From assembly GCA_034003585.1 (NCBI GenBank), contig JAVEYH010000006.1, positions 10,177-74,176 of the forward strand: a stretch of DNA of 64,000 bases, given 5' to 3'. Under the pieces are notes generated by a model that saw only the letters and a program-made list of their open reading frames with translations, searched no databases and was not told where the DNA came from. A program made the translations under genes and the position numbers. Within the stretch, counting starts at the first letter, position 1. Each line of letters opens with the position of its first letter. The stretch is from Kiritimatiellia bacterium (lineage in GTDB: Bacteria; Verrucomicrobiota; Kiritimatiellia; RFP12; UBA1067). Shown here in pieces: positions 29,904 through 40,398 of the stretch.

Positions 29904-31148
29904 ATGGGAGACGACAGTCGGATCAGGCGGTTGGCCGCCGCGGCGGGATGGATGTTGTCCGTGTTGGCCGCGGCCGGGGGGGAGCCTTACGGGCCGCGTC
30001 TCGCGCGGCGGTCGGCTCCGGCCGCGGCGATCACCTCGCGGGACGGGACGGTCGTGGTGCGCGCCCCGGTTGCGATGGCGTCATACCGCGCGCCGGTGCT
30101 GGTGTTTGTGGACCGGACGCGCGAAGAGCTGGCGCGGGCCACACGGCTCAGGCTGGTGACCCCCTCGTGTCCGTTGGAAATCGTGATCGGCGACCGCCGG
30201 GACGGCGACACGCGGGTGTTGGGATCGCGCGTGCTGGATCCCGGGGGCGGCGTGTTCGAGCGGATCGAGCTGCCTGATCCCGAGGCGGCGGACCTGGGGC
30301 GATTCCGCCGCGCCATTTCTCTGGCGCTGCTGCGGGCCTGGATGGTGGAGGCGGGCGGGCGCGAGGGCGTGATGCGCGACGTGCCGCTCTGGCTGGTCGA
30401 CGGCGTGGTGCGGCACACCGGCCGGGAGACGCGGCAGCAGGACATTGACCGCACGCTGCTGCTGTGGTCGCGGGCCTGCCTGCCTCCGGCGGCGGCGCTG
30501 TTTGCGGGCGAGAGTGTCGCCGCATCGCGCGAACCGGCAGTGGCGGCGGTGCTGGCGAGCTGGCTGCTCGAGCGGCGTCCGGACGGCCTGCCCTTTGAGA
30601 AGCTGCTGCGTGCGGCGGCACAGGGACAGGCGTGGGGGCCTGAGGCGGCGGCGCGGATGCTGACCGGAGCGGAGGACACCCTGGCCTTCGATGCCGCGCT
30701 GGACCTCTGGTTCGCGGCCCTGGGGCGCACGGTGGTCAAACCCGGGCTCACGAGTTCCGGCATTGTGCGGCGGTTCCGGTCACGCTTATTGCTCTATCCC
30801 GCCTTTTATGGTACAACGTGGGGCTATGAACGGCCTCACCTCACTTTCCGTGAGGCGGCGATGCGTTCCGATGAGCCGGAGGTCCGGCGCCGCGCCGCGG
30901 TTCAGGCCCGTCTGATTGAGATGGCTGCCGTTGGGCGGGATGGTATGCTTCTTGCTGTTTCGGAGGCGTACGCCTCCTTTCTTCAGGGGGTGTCGTCCGG
31001 CGCGGCGCAGGGGGAACTTTTGAGGCGATTGATGGAGGCGGAGGGGATGCGCAGGGAGTTGGAGCTCCGCACCGGGCGCGGAATGGTTTTACAGCGCACG
31101 GAGTCCGGGCGGGATGCGGGAGAGGGACCGCGGGGATTGCGCGAATGA
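29904..31148 (+). CDS. Hypothetical exported protein
   Basis: Long ORF with a signal-like N-terminus; stop overlaps the argH start (ATGA); no family recognised. Confidence 0.6.
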   Translation: MGDDSRIRRLAAAAGWMLSVLAAAGGEPYGPRLARRSAPAAAITSRDGTVVVRAPVAMASYRAPVLVFVDRTREELARATRLRLVTPSCPLEIVIGDRRDGDTRVLGSRVLDPGGGVFERIELPDPEAADLGRFRRAISLALLRAWMVEAGGREGVMRDVPLWLVDGVVRHTGRETRQQDIDRTLLLWSRACLPPAAALFAGESVAASREPAVAAVLASWLLERRPDGLPFEKLLRAAAQGQAWGPEAAARMLTGAEDTLAFDAALDLWFAALGRTVVKPGLTSSGIVRRFRSRLLLYPAFYGTTWGYERPHLTFREAAMRSDEPEVRRRAAVQARLIEMAAVGRDGMLLAVSEAYASFLQGVSSGAAQGELLRRLMEAEGMRRELELRTGRGMVLQRTESGRDAGEGPRGLRE

Positions 31149-32554
31149 GGATGTTGCGGCACATGAGAAAAGAGACGGCAGGCCAGAAGACGATTGTGGG
31201 CAAGATCCATCCGGACGTCTTGGCGTTCACGGTCGGGAAGGATCCGGTGCTGGATCTCGACCTGGCGGTGTGGGACTGTTTGGGCACGGCGGCGCACGTG
31301 ACCATGCTTTCGCGGATGCGCGTCCGTCCCGCCGTATTGGGGACAGCAGAACGCAACCGGGTGGTGGCGGCTCTGGCGGAGGTGATCCGCGAGGTCCGGG
31401 CCGGCGGGTTCCGCATCACGCAGGCGGATCAGGATGTTCATCTGGCGGTCGAGCGCCGGCTCACCGAGCGGTTGGGCGAGTTGGGCCGCAAGATCCACAC
31501 GGGGCGGAGCCGCAACGATCAGGTGGCGGTGGACATCCGGCTGCATGTGCGCGACCAGTTGCTGGGGCTGACGGAAGAGGTTGCGGAGGTGGCGGAGTCG
31601 CTGGTCCGTTTCGGCCGCCGCCATGTGAAGGTGCCGATGGTGGGGCGGACCCACCTGCAGCCTGCGATGCCCAGTTCGGTGGGGCTCTGGGCCACGGCTT
31701 ACGCCGAGACCCTGTTGGATGATCTGCTGATGGTCGAAGCCGCCTACACCTACAACGACCGCTGTCCGCTGGGTTCGGCCGCGGGGTACGGGGTGCCGTT
31801 GCCGGTGGACCGCGAACTCACCGCGCGGCTGTTGGGCTTTTCGGCGCCGCACCACAATGTCTTTCACGCCAGCAACGCGCGCGGCAAGAACGAGGCGGTT
31901 TTGCTGGCGGCGTGCGGCCAGTTGATGCTGACGCTTTCCCGGATGGCGGAGGATCTGATCCTCTTCTCCATGCCGGAGTTCGGCTATTTCACGCTGCCGC
32001 CGGAGGTCTGCACGGGCAGCAGCATCATGCCGCAGAAGAACAACCCGGATGTGCTGGAGCTGATCCGCGCCAAGGCGGCGGTGGTGCTCGGATACGGCAG
32101 TGCGGCGAACCTGATTCTGAAGGCGCTGCCGGGCGGGTACAACCGCGATCTGCAGGAGACCAAGGGGTTGTACATGGAGGGGCTGGCGGTCACGCGCGCC
32201 GCGTTGCGCATCATGCGGCTGATGACGGAAGCGCTGACGGTCCGGCCCGAGCGGCTGCGCGCGGGGTTCACGCCGGGCGTGTTCGCGACCGACCGCGCGC
32301 TGGAGCTGGTGGCGGGCGGCATGCCGTTCCGCGACGCGTATCAGCATGTCCGGTCGCACCTGGAAGCGTTGCGGGAGGCGGACCCGGACCGGGCGTTGGC
32401 GGCGAAAACCCATCTGGGGGCCACGGCGGGGCTGGATTTTGACGGGTACCGGGCGCGTGTGCGCGACGTGCGGCGTTGGGTGCGCGTGCGGCGCACGCGG
32501 CTGCGGACGGTCTTCGGCGCCCTGTTGGGCGGCGCGGCGGACGCGCTCGGGTGA
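31145..32554 (+). CDS. argH: Argininosuccinate lyase
   Basis: DQDVH, KIHTGRSRNDQ, GRTHLQPAMP, PLGSAAGYG, TGSSIMPQKNNPD, GYNRDLQETK. Confidence 0.95.
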   Translation: MRMLRHMRKETAGQKTIVGKIHPDVLAFTVGKDPVLDLDLAVWDCLGTAAHVTMLSRMRVRPAVLGTAERNRVVAALAEVIREVRAGGFRITQADQDVHLAVERRLTERLGELGRKIHTGRSRNDQVAVDIRLHVRDQLLGLTEEVAEVAESLVRFGRRHVKVPMVGRTHLQPAMPSSVGLWATAYAETLLDDLLMVEAAYTYNDRCPLGSAAGYGVPLPVDRELTARLLGFSAPHHNVFHASNARGKNEAVLLAACGQLMLTLSRMAEDLILFSMPEFGYFTLPPEVCTGSSIMPQKNNPDVLELIRAKAAVVLGYGSAANLILKALPGGYNRDLQETKGLYMEGLAVTRAALRIMRLMTEALTVRPERLRAGFTPGVFATDRALELVAGGMPFRDAYQHVRSHLEALREADPDRALAAKTHLGATAGLDFDGYRARVRDVRRWVRVRRTRLRTVFGALLGGAADALG

Positions 32555-32605
32555 CGTGACGTGCCGGAATCTGGAGATCCGGTGCGGGGTGAAACAGGAG
32601 AAGGG

Positions 32606-33397
32606 ATGGGTAGGATGGTCAACAGGAAAACGGTCACGGGAGTCTTGGCCTTCACGGGGTCGCTGGCGTGCGCGTGGGCGCAAGAGGCGGCGGCAAGCGC
32701 GGCGGCCGCCCCGGCCGCGGTCAACGGGTACGGCATGTCGCTGAAACAGGCGTGGGAATACGGCGGCTGGATCATGTGGGTGCTGGCCGCGATTTCGGTC
32801 TTTGCGCTGGCCATGGTGTTCTACTTCATGACCGTGCTGCGGTCCGGGTCCGTCACGCCGCGCGAGCTGCTCATCGATCTGGTGGCGCGGGTGCGCGCCA
32901 ACGATCTGACGGAGGTGCGGCGTTTGTGCGACCGGCATCCCTGCCCGCTGGCGTCGGTGGTGCTGGCGGCCTTGGACTGTCTGCGCAATGTGCCGCAGTG
33001 CGATGTGGCGCTGCTCCGGGGCGCGGCCGAGGCCGAGGGCGCGCGCCAGGCCGACGCGATTCAGGGGCAGACCGAGTTTCTGCTGGATGTCGCCACGATC
33101 GCGCCGCTGCTCGGCCTGCTCGGGACGGTGCTCGGCATGCTCACGGCCTTCGGCTCGGTCGCGAGCGATGTGGCCAGCGCCAAACCGGTGGTGCTCGCCG
33201 CCGGCGTGTCACAGGCCATTGTGACCACGATCTTCGGCCTGATCGTCGCCATCCCCTGCATGGTGTTTTACGCCTGGTTCCGGCGTCGGGCGAGCCGCCA
33301 GATCGCCAACCTCGAGGCGGCGTCGTCCGAGGTGCTGACCGCCCTTATCGGCATGGGGACGAAAGCCCCGTTTACGGACAGGATTGACAAGGCATGA
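32606..33397 (+). CDS. exbB: MotA/TolQ/ExbB proton channel protein
   Basis: IAPLLGLLGTVLGML..F...GVSQAIVTTIFGLIVAIP; AGGAG SD before ATG 32606. Confidence 0.9.
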   Translation: MGRMVNRKTVTGVLAFTGSLACAWAQEAAASAAAAPAAVNGYGMSLKQAWEYGGWIMWVLAAISVFALAMVFYFMTVLRSGSVTPRELLIDLVARVRANDLTEVRRLCDRHPCPLASVVLAALDCLRNVPQCDVALLRGAAEAEGARQADAIQGQTEFLLDVATIAPLLGLLGTVLGMLTAFGSVASDVASAKPVVLAAGVSQAIVTTIFGLIVAIPCMVFYAWFRRRASRQIANLEAASSEVLTALIGMGTKAPFTDRIDKA

Positions 33398-33828
33398 ACT
33401 TCCGCAGAAAAAGCCGGAGTCCGCTTCCCGCCTTTCAGATGACGGCGATGATGGATGTCATCTTTCTGCTCCTCTGCTTCTTCATCACGACCTCGGTGTT
33501 TTCGCAGTGGGAGTATGAGATCAACATCACGCTGCCGTCGGCGCAGAGCGGCAAAGTGCCGGACCGGTTGCCCGGGGAGATCATCATCAACATCACCCGG
33601 GACGGCCGCGTGTCGGTCAACCAGCAGGACCTGACGCTGGATGCGCTCCGCGCCCGGCTGGACCGCCTCGCGCGCTACTTCCCTGGCCAGCCGGTGGTGC
33701 TGCGGGCGGATAAAGAGACAAAGTACGAGGATCTGATCAAGGTGGTGGACACCTGCCGCAAGGCGGACATCTGGAACTTCTCGATGGCCACGAGCGAAGA
33801 GAAGCCTGCCGCCACGGAGACGCCATGA
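33394..33828 (+). CDS. exbD: ExbD/TolR biopolymer transport protein
   Basis: MTAMMDVIFLLLCFFIT, INITLPSA, VVLRADK..YE.LIKVVD. Confidence 0.9.
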   Translation: MNFRRKSRSPLPAFQMTAMMDVIFLLLCFFITTSVFSQWEYEINITLPSAQSGKVPDRLPGEIIINITRDGRVSVNQQDLTLDALRARLDRLARYFPGQPVVLRADKETKYEDLIKVVDTCRKADIWNFSMATSEEKPAATETP

Positions 33829-36188
33829 GGATGCGCTGGGCACAGATCGGCGCCGGACTGCTGCTGCTCGCCGCGTGCGGCGCGCGCGCGGCGGATCCGG
33901 TGGAAGTGCGGGACCGCCTGCAACTGGCGGACGGGCTCTTCCGCCGCAGCCTGTTCGATCTGGCCGCGCGCGAATACGTCTCCCTGGCCGAAACGCCGCA
34001 GGTGCCGGAGCGGGACAATGTGCTGTTCCGCCTGGCCGAGTGTTACCGCCGCACGGGCCGCGCGGCGGAGGCGGCCGCGGCCTACAAACGGCTCTCCGAA
34101 ACCTTTCCTGACAGCCCGAACGTCTCGCGCGCCGATCTGCAGCGGGCGCTGCTGCTGCTCAAGGCCGGGGGCGCGGAACGGAAGACGGCGGCCGCGCTGT
34201 TCGAAAAACTGACCGTGACGAACGTGCCGCCAGAGGTGCGGTCGGCCGCGCTCTACCATCTCGGTGAGGCGCTCGAACAGCTCGGCCAGGCCGCGGAGGC
34301 GCTGACGCGCTATGAGCGGTTAAGCCGGGAGTTCGCGCAGACCGACTACGGCATGTATGCGGGGCTGCGCATCGCGTGGCTGCTCGGCAACACCGGCAAG
34401 CCTGAGGACCGGCGCCGCGCCATGGGCATCTATCTGGATCTGGCGCACAAGGCCCAAGACCCCAAAGTGGCGGAGGAGGCGCTGTTTTTCGCGGCCCAGA
34501 CCGCGCTGCTGGACCGGCGGCACGAGGAGAGCGCCAACCTGTTCAAAACGCTGAAAGCGAAATATCCCGCCTCGCCGCGCGTGCGCGAGAGCGCGCTGTC
34601 CGCCGGCTGGGCGAACTATTATGCGGGGCGCTATGCCGAAGCCTGCGGGAGTCTCGAGCCGGTGATCGGCGACGCCGGACACCCGGCGCGCGAAGAGGTG
34701 CTCTACGTCCAGGCCAATTGCCTGCGCCAGCTCGAACGGCGCGCCGAGGCCGTGAAGGTCTACGCGCAACAGCTCGAAGCCTTTCCTGCGGGACGGCTGG
34801 CCGGGCACGCCTGGTACGAAAAGCTGACGACGCTGTATCATGACGGCAAGTATGAGGCGGTGCTGAAGATGACGGCGGAAAACACGCGGCCGTTCGACCT
34901 GCACGCCGATCATGTTTATTGGATGAACGCCGAGGCGGCCCTGGCGCTGCAGCGGTATGACGCGGCCGTGCAATCCTGCCGCCTGCTGGCGGACAAGTGC
35001 CCGCAAAGCCCGTTTGTCAAAGACGCCCTCTACCGGTTGGGATGGCTGCTGCAGAAACAGGAGGCGTGGGAGTCGGCCTCGTCCTGGTATCTGCAGGTCG
35101 CCCGGCGTTTCCCAGATGACCCGCTCGCCTCCCAGGCCCTTTATGCCTCCGGCGTCTGCCTGTCGCGACTCGGACAGGGCGATGCGGCGCTGCGGGACTG
35201 GACCGCGCTGCTGACCCGGTACCCCGAGTGCGCCGAGGCCGCGGAGACGCTCTATCAGAAGGCGATGGAGGAGTTGCGCGCGAAAAACGTGCGCGCCGCG
35301 GCCGCCACGCTGGATGAGCGCATGCGCCGGTTCCCGGATGACGCCCGCAAGGCCGAGGTCCTGTTCTGGCGCGCCTCCGCCTACCGGCAAGTCGGCGAGG
35401 ACGCCGAGGCGGAGAAGTTGTTCCGCAACTGCCTCGCGGCGTCTCCGGCCAAGGACTTTGAGCGGGAGGCGATGCTGGAACTGGGCATGCTGCTCCAGAA
35501 GACCGGGCGCAAACCCGAGGCCGCCTCCTTTTTCCAGAAACTGCTGGACGCGCCGATCGCCGAGAAACTCGGTGCCGAGCGGCTGGCGTGGCTCGCCGAG
35601 TTCCAGCTGGAGCAGAAACAGCCGGTCGCGGCGATCCGGGCCGCGACCCGACTGGTCGAGTTGAAGGCGGACAAGGGCTGGACGCAGACGGGGTGGACCC
35701 TGCTGGGCCGCGTGCACCGCGCCAAAGGCGAGCGTGATCCGGCTCTCCACGCCTTTACCCAGGCTTTGGCCACGGGCGCCTCCACCGCATACGGCGCCGA
35801 GGCCGCTCTCCGGCTCGGCGAGCTGCTGAGCGAGGCGGGCCGGTTCGAAGACGCGGAAAGACATCTGACCGACGCGGCGTCGCGCGCGGCCGCGCCCGAC
35901 CTGCTGGGGCTGCGGGCGCATGCCTATGCCGGGTTGGCGCGCAACGCCGAACGCAAGGGGGATCCGGAGGCCGCGTTACGCTACCATGTCAGTGTCGGGA
36001 TTTTGTTCGATGATCCCACACTCGTGCCGCAGTCGCTGCACCAGGCGGCGCTTTTGCTGGACAAGTCCGGACGGGCCCGGGAAGCCGCGGCGTTGCGCGA
36101 GGAGTTGCGCGCCCGCTATCCCGCCTCGCCGTTGGCGAATCCGGTTCCGCCGGCTGCGGCCGCAGGCGAGAGGAAGGCCGGCTCATGA
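33825..36188 (+). CDS. Exported tetratricopeptide-repeat protein
   Basis: Signal/lipoprotein-like N-terminus; many TPR units ending ..FP.SP / YP.SP. Confidence 0.85.
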   Translation: MRMRWAQIGAGLLLLAACGARAADPVEVRDRLQLADGLFRRSLFDLAAREYVSLAETPQVPERDNVLFRLAECYRRTGRAAEAAAAYKRLSETFPDSPNVSRADLQRALLLLKAGGAERKTAAALFEKLTVTNVPPEVRSAALYHLGEALEQLGQAAEALTRYERLSREFAQTDYGMYAGLRIAWLLGNTGKPEDRRRAMGIYLDLAHKAQDPKVAEEALFFAAQTALLDRRHEESANLFKTLKAKYPASPRVRESALSAGWANYYAGRYAEACGSLEPVIGDAGHPAREEVLYVQANCLRQLERRAEAVKVYAQQLEAFPAGRLAGHAWYEKLTTLYHDGKYEAVLKMTAENTRPFDLHADHVYWMNAEAALALQRYDAAVQSCRLLADKCPQSPFVKDALYRLGWLLQKQEAWESASSWYLQVARRFPDDPLASQALYASGVCLSRLGQGDAALRDWTALLTRYPECAEAAETLYQKAMEELRAKNVRAAAATLDERMRRFPDDARKAEVLFWRASAYRQVGEDAEAEKLFRNCLAASPAKDFEREAMLELGMLLQKTGRKPEAASFFQKLLDAPIAEKLGAERLAWLAEFQLEQKQPVAAIRAATRLVELKADKGWTQTGWTLLGRVHRAKGERDPALHAFTQALATGASTAYGAEAALRLGELLSEAGRFEDAERHLTDAASRAAAPDLLGLRAHAYAGLARNAERKGDPEAALRYHVSVGILFDDPTLVPQSLHQAALLLDKSGRAREAAALREELRARYPASPLANPVPPAAAAGERKAGS

Positions 36189-38149
36189 CACCATACGGAT
36201 TCAGACCGCATCCGCAAACCCATGACCGCCATGTGCTGCTGGCCTGTGCCGCGGTTCTGCTTTCCGCGGTGATCCATGTGGTCCTGATGGTCTTTTTCTC
36301 CGATTGGGCGATCTCCGGCATCTCCAGTCTGCGCGAACGGGGACGCGAATGGTTCGCGGGCGACCGCGTGCCGCCCATGCGTGTCGAAACGATGCGCGCG
36401 GACCCCATGCACATCGGCCGGAAGAAACCGGGTGAGCGCGATACGCCCAGCCGCGGCCCGATCGAGGTTTCCGAACGGGTGGAGGCGCTCAGCCAGTCGG
36501 CCGCGCCCGTTCTCACCGCGCCCCCGCCGATTCCGCGGGAAGCGCTTCAGCCGGGTGTGCCCGCGCTCAAAGAGTCAGCCTCGTCTCAGATCGACGCCAC
36601 CCCCTGGATGCCGCGCCAGGAGATCGCCCAGATCTATGACCGGACCGTATTGGATGAGGTCGCGGCCCTGCCGCGCCGCGAGATCCCCATGATTGAGCGG
36701 GTTCCCGACGCGCCGGACATCGTGCCGTCGATCGACCTCGCGGGACGCCGCTTCGGCAACGACCCCGAGCCGCCCAAGCCGTTCGAGGCGGCGGAGGTGT
36801 TTGACACCGAAATCAGCGCGGGCACCTTCAAGGTTCCCGCGCCGGAGGCGCCGGCCACACCCGCGCCGGTCTCCACCGCGGCCACCGAGTCCCGGTTCGC
36901 GATGCAGCCCGGCGAAAAAGGCGGGAAAAGCCTGACGGCCGGTTCGGCAGCGGGCGGACCGGATGGGACGCGCGCCGCGGAACTACAGAAACGGATCGAG
37001 CGGGAGCTGGCCGCCGCATCGCAACAGATCTCCGCCGCCGAGGTCAGCGAGGAGGAACGCAGGGCGCGCGAGGCCCAGGCCCGGGTCGCGGCGCTGCAGG
37101 AGCAGGCCGACTACCAGCCGATCGACGATCTGCTGGCCGTGGGCTTGGAAACCTACCGGGACCCGTCCGATCCCGGACGCGTCTATTTCCGGATCGGGAT
37201 CGAGCCGCGCCGCGACCGCACGGTGCCCACGCTCGCCAAGGATATCGTCTGGGTGCAGGATGTCTCGGCCTCGATGTCCGAAGAGCGCATGGTCTTCTGC
37301 CGCCGCGCGATGGCGGCCGCGCTGGAAACGATGAATCCCGGCGACCGCTTCAACGTGGCCGCGTTCCGGGACACGACCGAAACCTGTTTCCCGGACTGGG
37401 TTCCGGTGACGGAGGCCCATCTCAAAACCGCCTCAGCCTTTGTCGCGGCCATGCGCGCGTTCGGGCAGACGGATGTGTTCGGTTCGCTGCGCACGCTCAT
37501 GAGCCTGCCGCGCGATCCGAAGCGTCCCATGATCGCTTTCATCGTGACGGACGGCAAGCCGACCTTCGGCGTGACCGAGAGCGCCAGGATCATCGGCGAT
37601 TTTTCGAAGCTGAATCAGGGTCTGGTCTCCATCAACATGTACGGGACACAGAGCAAGGCCAATGTCTATCTGCTCGACATGCTGACGTACGGCAACCGGG
37701 GCGGGTCGGTTGTGCTCACCGGCAACCGGTGGGACATTCCGGACTCGATGGCAGGGGCGTACACCGGGATCCGCCATCCGGTGATGAGCGACATCCAGGT
37801 GACGTTCGACAGCGTGTCGCAGAGCGAGGTCTATCCGAAACGCACGACACCCCTCTACAAGGAGCGTCAGATCCAGTTGCACGGGGTCTGCCCCGACACC
37901 ACGGAGGAACTGGTGTTCCAGATCCGCGGGCTGGCCGCCGACAAGGGGTACGATTCGATTTTCCGGCTCAGCCTGTCGCGGCACGCCAAACTCGGCACGG
38001 CGGCGGTGAGGCAGCGCTGGGCGTATCAGAAGCTGTACCATTTGGTCAGCGTCTATGCGGTCGACCCGCGGCAGCAGGTGTTGGCCGAGATGCTCAAAGT
38101 GAACCGGCAGTACGGCATCCCGATCCCGTATGAGTCCGAGATGAGGTGA
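36185..38149 (+). CDS. Membrane-anchored VWA-domain protein with a Pro-rich linker
   Basis: TM containing SAVIH (36263-36277), Pro-rich spacer, MIDAS DVSAS (37259-37273), DRFNV, TDG. Confidence 0.75.
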   Translation: MTPYGFRPHPQTHDRHVLLACAAVLLSAVIHVVLMVFFSDWAISGISSLRERGREWFAGDRVPPMRVETMRADPMHIGRKKPGERDTPSRGPIEVSERVEALSQSAAPVLTAPPPIPREALQPGVPALKESASSQIDATPWMPRQEIAQIYDRTVLDEVAALPRREIPMIERVPDAPDIVPSIDLAGRRFGNDPEPPKPFEAAEVFDTEISAGTFKVPAPEAPATPAPVSTAATESRFAMQPGEKGGKSLTAGSAAGGPDGTRAAELQKRIERELAAASQQISAAEVSEEERRAREAQARVAALQEQADYQPIDDLLAVGLETYRDPSDPGRVYFRIGIEPRRDRTVPTLAKDIVWVQDVSASMSEERMVFCRRAMAAALETMNPGDRFNVAAFRDTTETCFPDWVPVTEAHLKTASAFVAAMRAFGQTDVFGSLRTLMSLPRDPKRPMIAFIVTDGKPTFGVTESARIIGDFSKLNQGLVSINMYGTQSKANVYLLDMLTYGNRGGSVVLTGNRWDIPDSMAGAYTGIRHPVMSDIQVTFDSVSQSEVYPKRTTPLYKERQIQLHGVCPDTTEELVFQIRGLAADKGYDSIFRLSLSRHAKLGTAAVRQRWAYQKLYHLVSVYAVDPRQQVLAEMLKVNRQYGIPIPYESEMR

Positions 38150-38155
38150 CTCGGC

Positions 38156-38875
38156 TCACAGGGTGCGCAGGAGTTCGGCCTCGGCGTGCTGCAGGATCTG
38201 ATGCATCTCGCCGGCATGGTCGGCGGCGCGCAGGTCGGAAAGCAGCAGGCTGCCGTGCGCAAGCATGCACAACCTTGCCAGCGCATGCAGATGCAACGCG
38301 TCATCCGTGCAGCAGATCAGGAAAAACAGGTCCGTCCCGCCGCCGTCCTGCGCGCCGAAGAAAATGTTCTGCCGCGTCTTGCCGAGCACGATAAACGAGT
38401 CTGCGGCCCAGAAGGGGTCGTGATACCGCGCGTGCAGCAGGGCCGCGCCGCCCCCGATGGCGGTCGAACAGGCGGCCTCCCGCTCCTCGACCTCGCGTTG
38501 AAAGGCCGCATCGTCATACAGCCGTCCGGTTGAGACCGCCAGCTCGACCATGTCCCGCACGACCGCGGGCTTGGTCCGCGAGGGCAGGGCGGGGTTGATC
38601 CATTCGGGACGGAAGAGGCGCGTCACCAAAGCGTCCTCCTCGCTGCGCGACGTGCGGTCCGCCGTGGTCTCGCGGTGATGCCGGGTGAGGGATTTCGTCG
38701 GCAGGCCGAGGATGCGCCGCTGCGCCCAATCGTCGAGCCGCCGGTGCTCGAAGACCACTTCGTCGCCGCGCTTCTGAAACGGGATCTCTTCGCGCTGAAC
38801 CAGATGGAACAGCTCGCGTTCCGGGATCCGGATGTGGCGCGCGGCCTGCGGCAAACTCAAGATTCGGTGAGGCAT
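38156..38875 (-). CDS. ptsN: PTS IIA(Ntr)-like protein with an N-terminal excisionase-type HTH
   Basis: LSLPQAARHIRIPERELFHLVQREEIP (HTH), then EREAACSTAIGGGAALLHAR (phospho-His), HLHALARL. Confidence 0.8.
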   Translation of the reverse strand: MPHRILSLPQAARHIRIPERELFHLVQREEIPFQKRGDEVVFEHRRLDDWAQRRILGLPTKSLTRHHRETTADRTSRSEEDALVTRLFRPEWINPALPSRTKPAVVRDMVELAVSTGRLYDDAAFQREVEEREAACSTAIGGGAALLHARYHDPFWAADSFIVLGKTRQNIFFGAQDGGGTDLFFLICCTDDALHLHALARLCMLAHGSLLLSDLRAADHAGEMHQILQHAEAELLRTL

Positions 38876-39090
38876 GATGCGGCAGTGTACCCTTTTGGCG
38901 TTCGGCCTGTCAAAGCCGAAAGGCGATTTCCCCGCTGGACAATTCCGGTTTGCGCCTTTATACTGCCGGTCAGGAAACATACCCATGGAGTGTGGGTGTG
39001 CGGAAACAAATCCTCCGGCGGACCGTTACGACACACGCCGTCCGGGGCGATCTGATCGGAATCGGGTGTCGCAAGAAGGAGGGTTCGGTT

Positions 39091-40356
39091 ATGAATGACC
39101 ATCATGATCAACCGGGCAATGTCGCGCTGGACACGCATGTCGCGGACCTCACCATCACGCCGGCGGAACGCGACGTGTTGCGTAAGCTGGGGGAGCGGGT
39201 CATGTCGTTGTCCACGCGGCAAATCGAGGCGGAGAAGAAGGTCCTCTGGACGCGGCAGAATCAGTTGCAGCCCTCGCGGCCGCTGATTTTGTGCGATCCG
39301 GAGTTCAGTTGGCGTGAGATCATCCCGGATACGTCCCTGCAGTGCGAACACGCGCTCGCCCGGCATTGGGAGCACCGCTTGCGCAAGGAGATTTTCTGGG
39401 GCGAGAAGATGGGAGATGACCGGGTCGTTGAGAGCCGGTTCACGGTCGGCTGGGTTTATCGGCGCACGTTTTGGGGACCCGACGCCTCTTCGGTCCATCC
39501 GCAGTCGACATGGGGCGATTTGAATGATTTGAGCGGGCTTCAGTTCCAAACGGTCACCGTCGACCGGGGGGCCACCACCGAAATCGTGCATCTGGCGCGC
39601 GAGGTTTTCGACCGGGTCCTGCCGGTGAAGCTGCGCGAGCAGTGGTACTGGTCCCTTGGCCTGACCCGTGAGGTGATCAAACTGCGCGGCTTCGAGCAGT
39701 TCATGCGGGACATCCGGGAGAATCCGGCCGGGGTGCACAATCTGATGGCTTTTTTGCGTGACGGCACGCTGGACCTCATCACCTTCCTCGAGAATGCGGG
39801 GCTGTACAGTCTCAACAACGAGGGCGATTACATCGGTTCGGGCGGCTTCGGCTGGACCACGCAACTGCCGGTCAAGGACTATCAGGGGACGGCACGCGCC
39901 AAAGATCTCTGGGCGCTGTTCGAAAGTCAGGATACCCGGGATCTGGCGCCTGAACTGTTTGACGAGTTTGTGCTGCAATACCAGAAGCCGGTCATGGAGC
40001 GCTTCGGACTGGTGTGTTACGGGTGCTGCGAGCCGATCAGCGAGCGGTGGCACCTGCTGCAAAACGTGCCGAACATCCGGCGGGTCAGCGTGTCGCCGAC
40101 CTGCAACCGGGCGAAAATGGCCGAAGCGCTGCAGGACCGCTACGTGTACTCCTGCAGGCCCAATCCCGCGATTCTCGCCGCCAGCGCGTTTGATGCGGAG
40201 GCGGCGCGCAAGGAAATCCGCGACATTCTCGAGAAGGCCAAAGGCTGCCACCTCGAAATCATCATGAAGGATCACGATACGATTCACAATGATCCGGCCC
40301 GCGCGATCGCGTGGTGCCGGATCGCCAGAGAGGAAATCGCCCGGTACTATCAGTGA
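39091..40356 (+). CDS. Uroporphyrinogen decarboxylase-like (URO-D superfamily TIM barrel) protein of unknown function
   Basis: FDEFVLQYQKPVMERFG..CYGCCEP, RRVSVSP, YSCRPNP, LEIIMKD; AAGGAGG SD. Confidence 0.6.
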   Translation: MNDHHDQPGNVALDTHVADLTITPAERDVLRKLGERVMSLSTRQIEAEKKVLWTRQNQLQPSRPLILCDPEFSWREIIPDTSLQCEHALARHWEHRLRKEIFWGEKMGDDRVVESRFTVGWVYRRTFWGPDASSVHPQSTWGDLNDLSGLQFQTVTVDRGATTEIVHLAREVFDRVLPVKLREQWYWSLGLTREVIKLRGFEQFMRDIRENPAGVHNLMAFLRDGTLDLITFLENAGLYSLNNEGDYIGSGGFGWTTQLPVKDYQGTARAKDLWALFESQDTRDLAPELFDEFVLQYQKPVMERFGLVCYGCCEPISERWHLLQNVPNIRRVSVSPTCNRAKMAEALQDRYVYSCRPNPAILAASAFDAEAARKEIRDILEKAKGCHLEIIMKDHDTIHNDPARAIAWCRIAREEIARYYQ

Positions 40357-40398
40357 CCGGCTTGACAAGACGACCACCCACGGAAGGAGAAACGGAAG

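Noticed and set aside
38876-39090. Possible riboswitch in the ptsN / URO-D-like divergent region
   Set aside because: Only a short hairpin (cataccca/tgggtgtg); no recognisable aptamer consensus.
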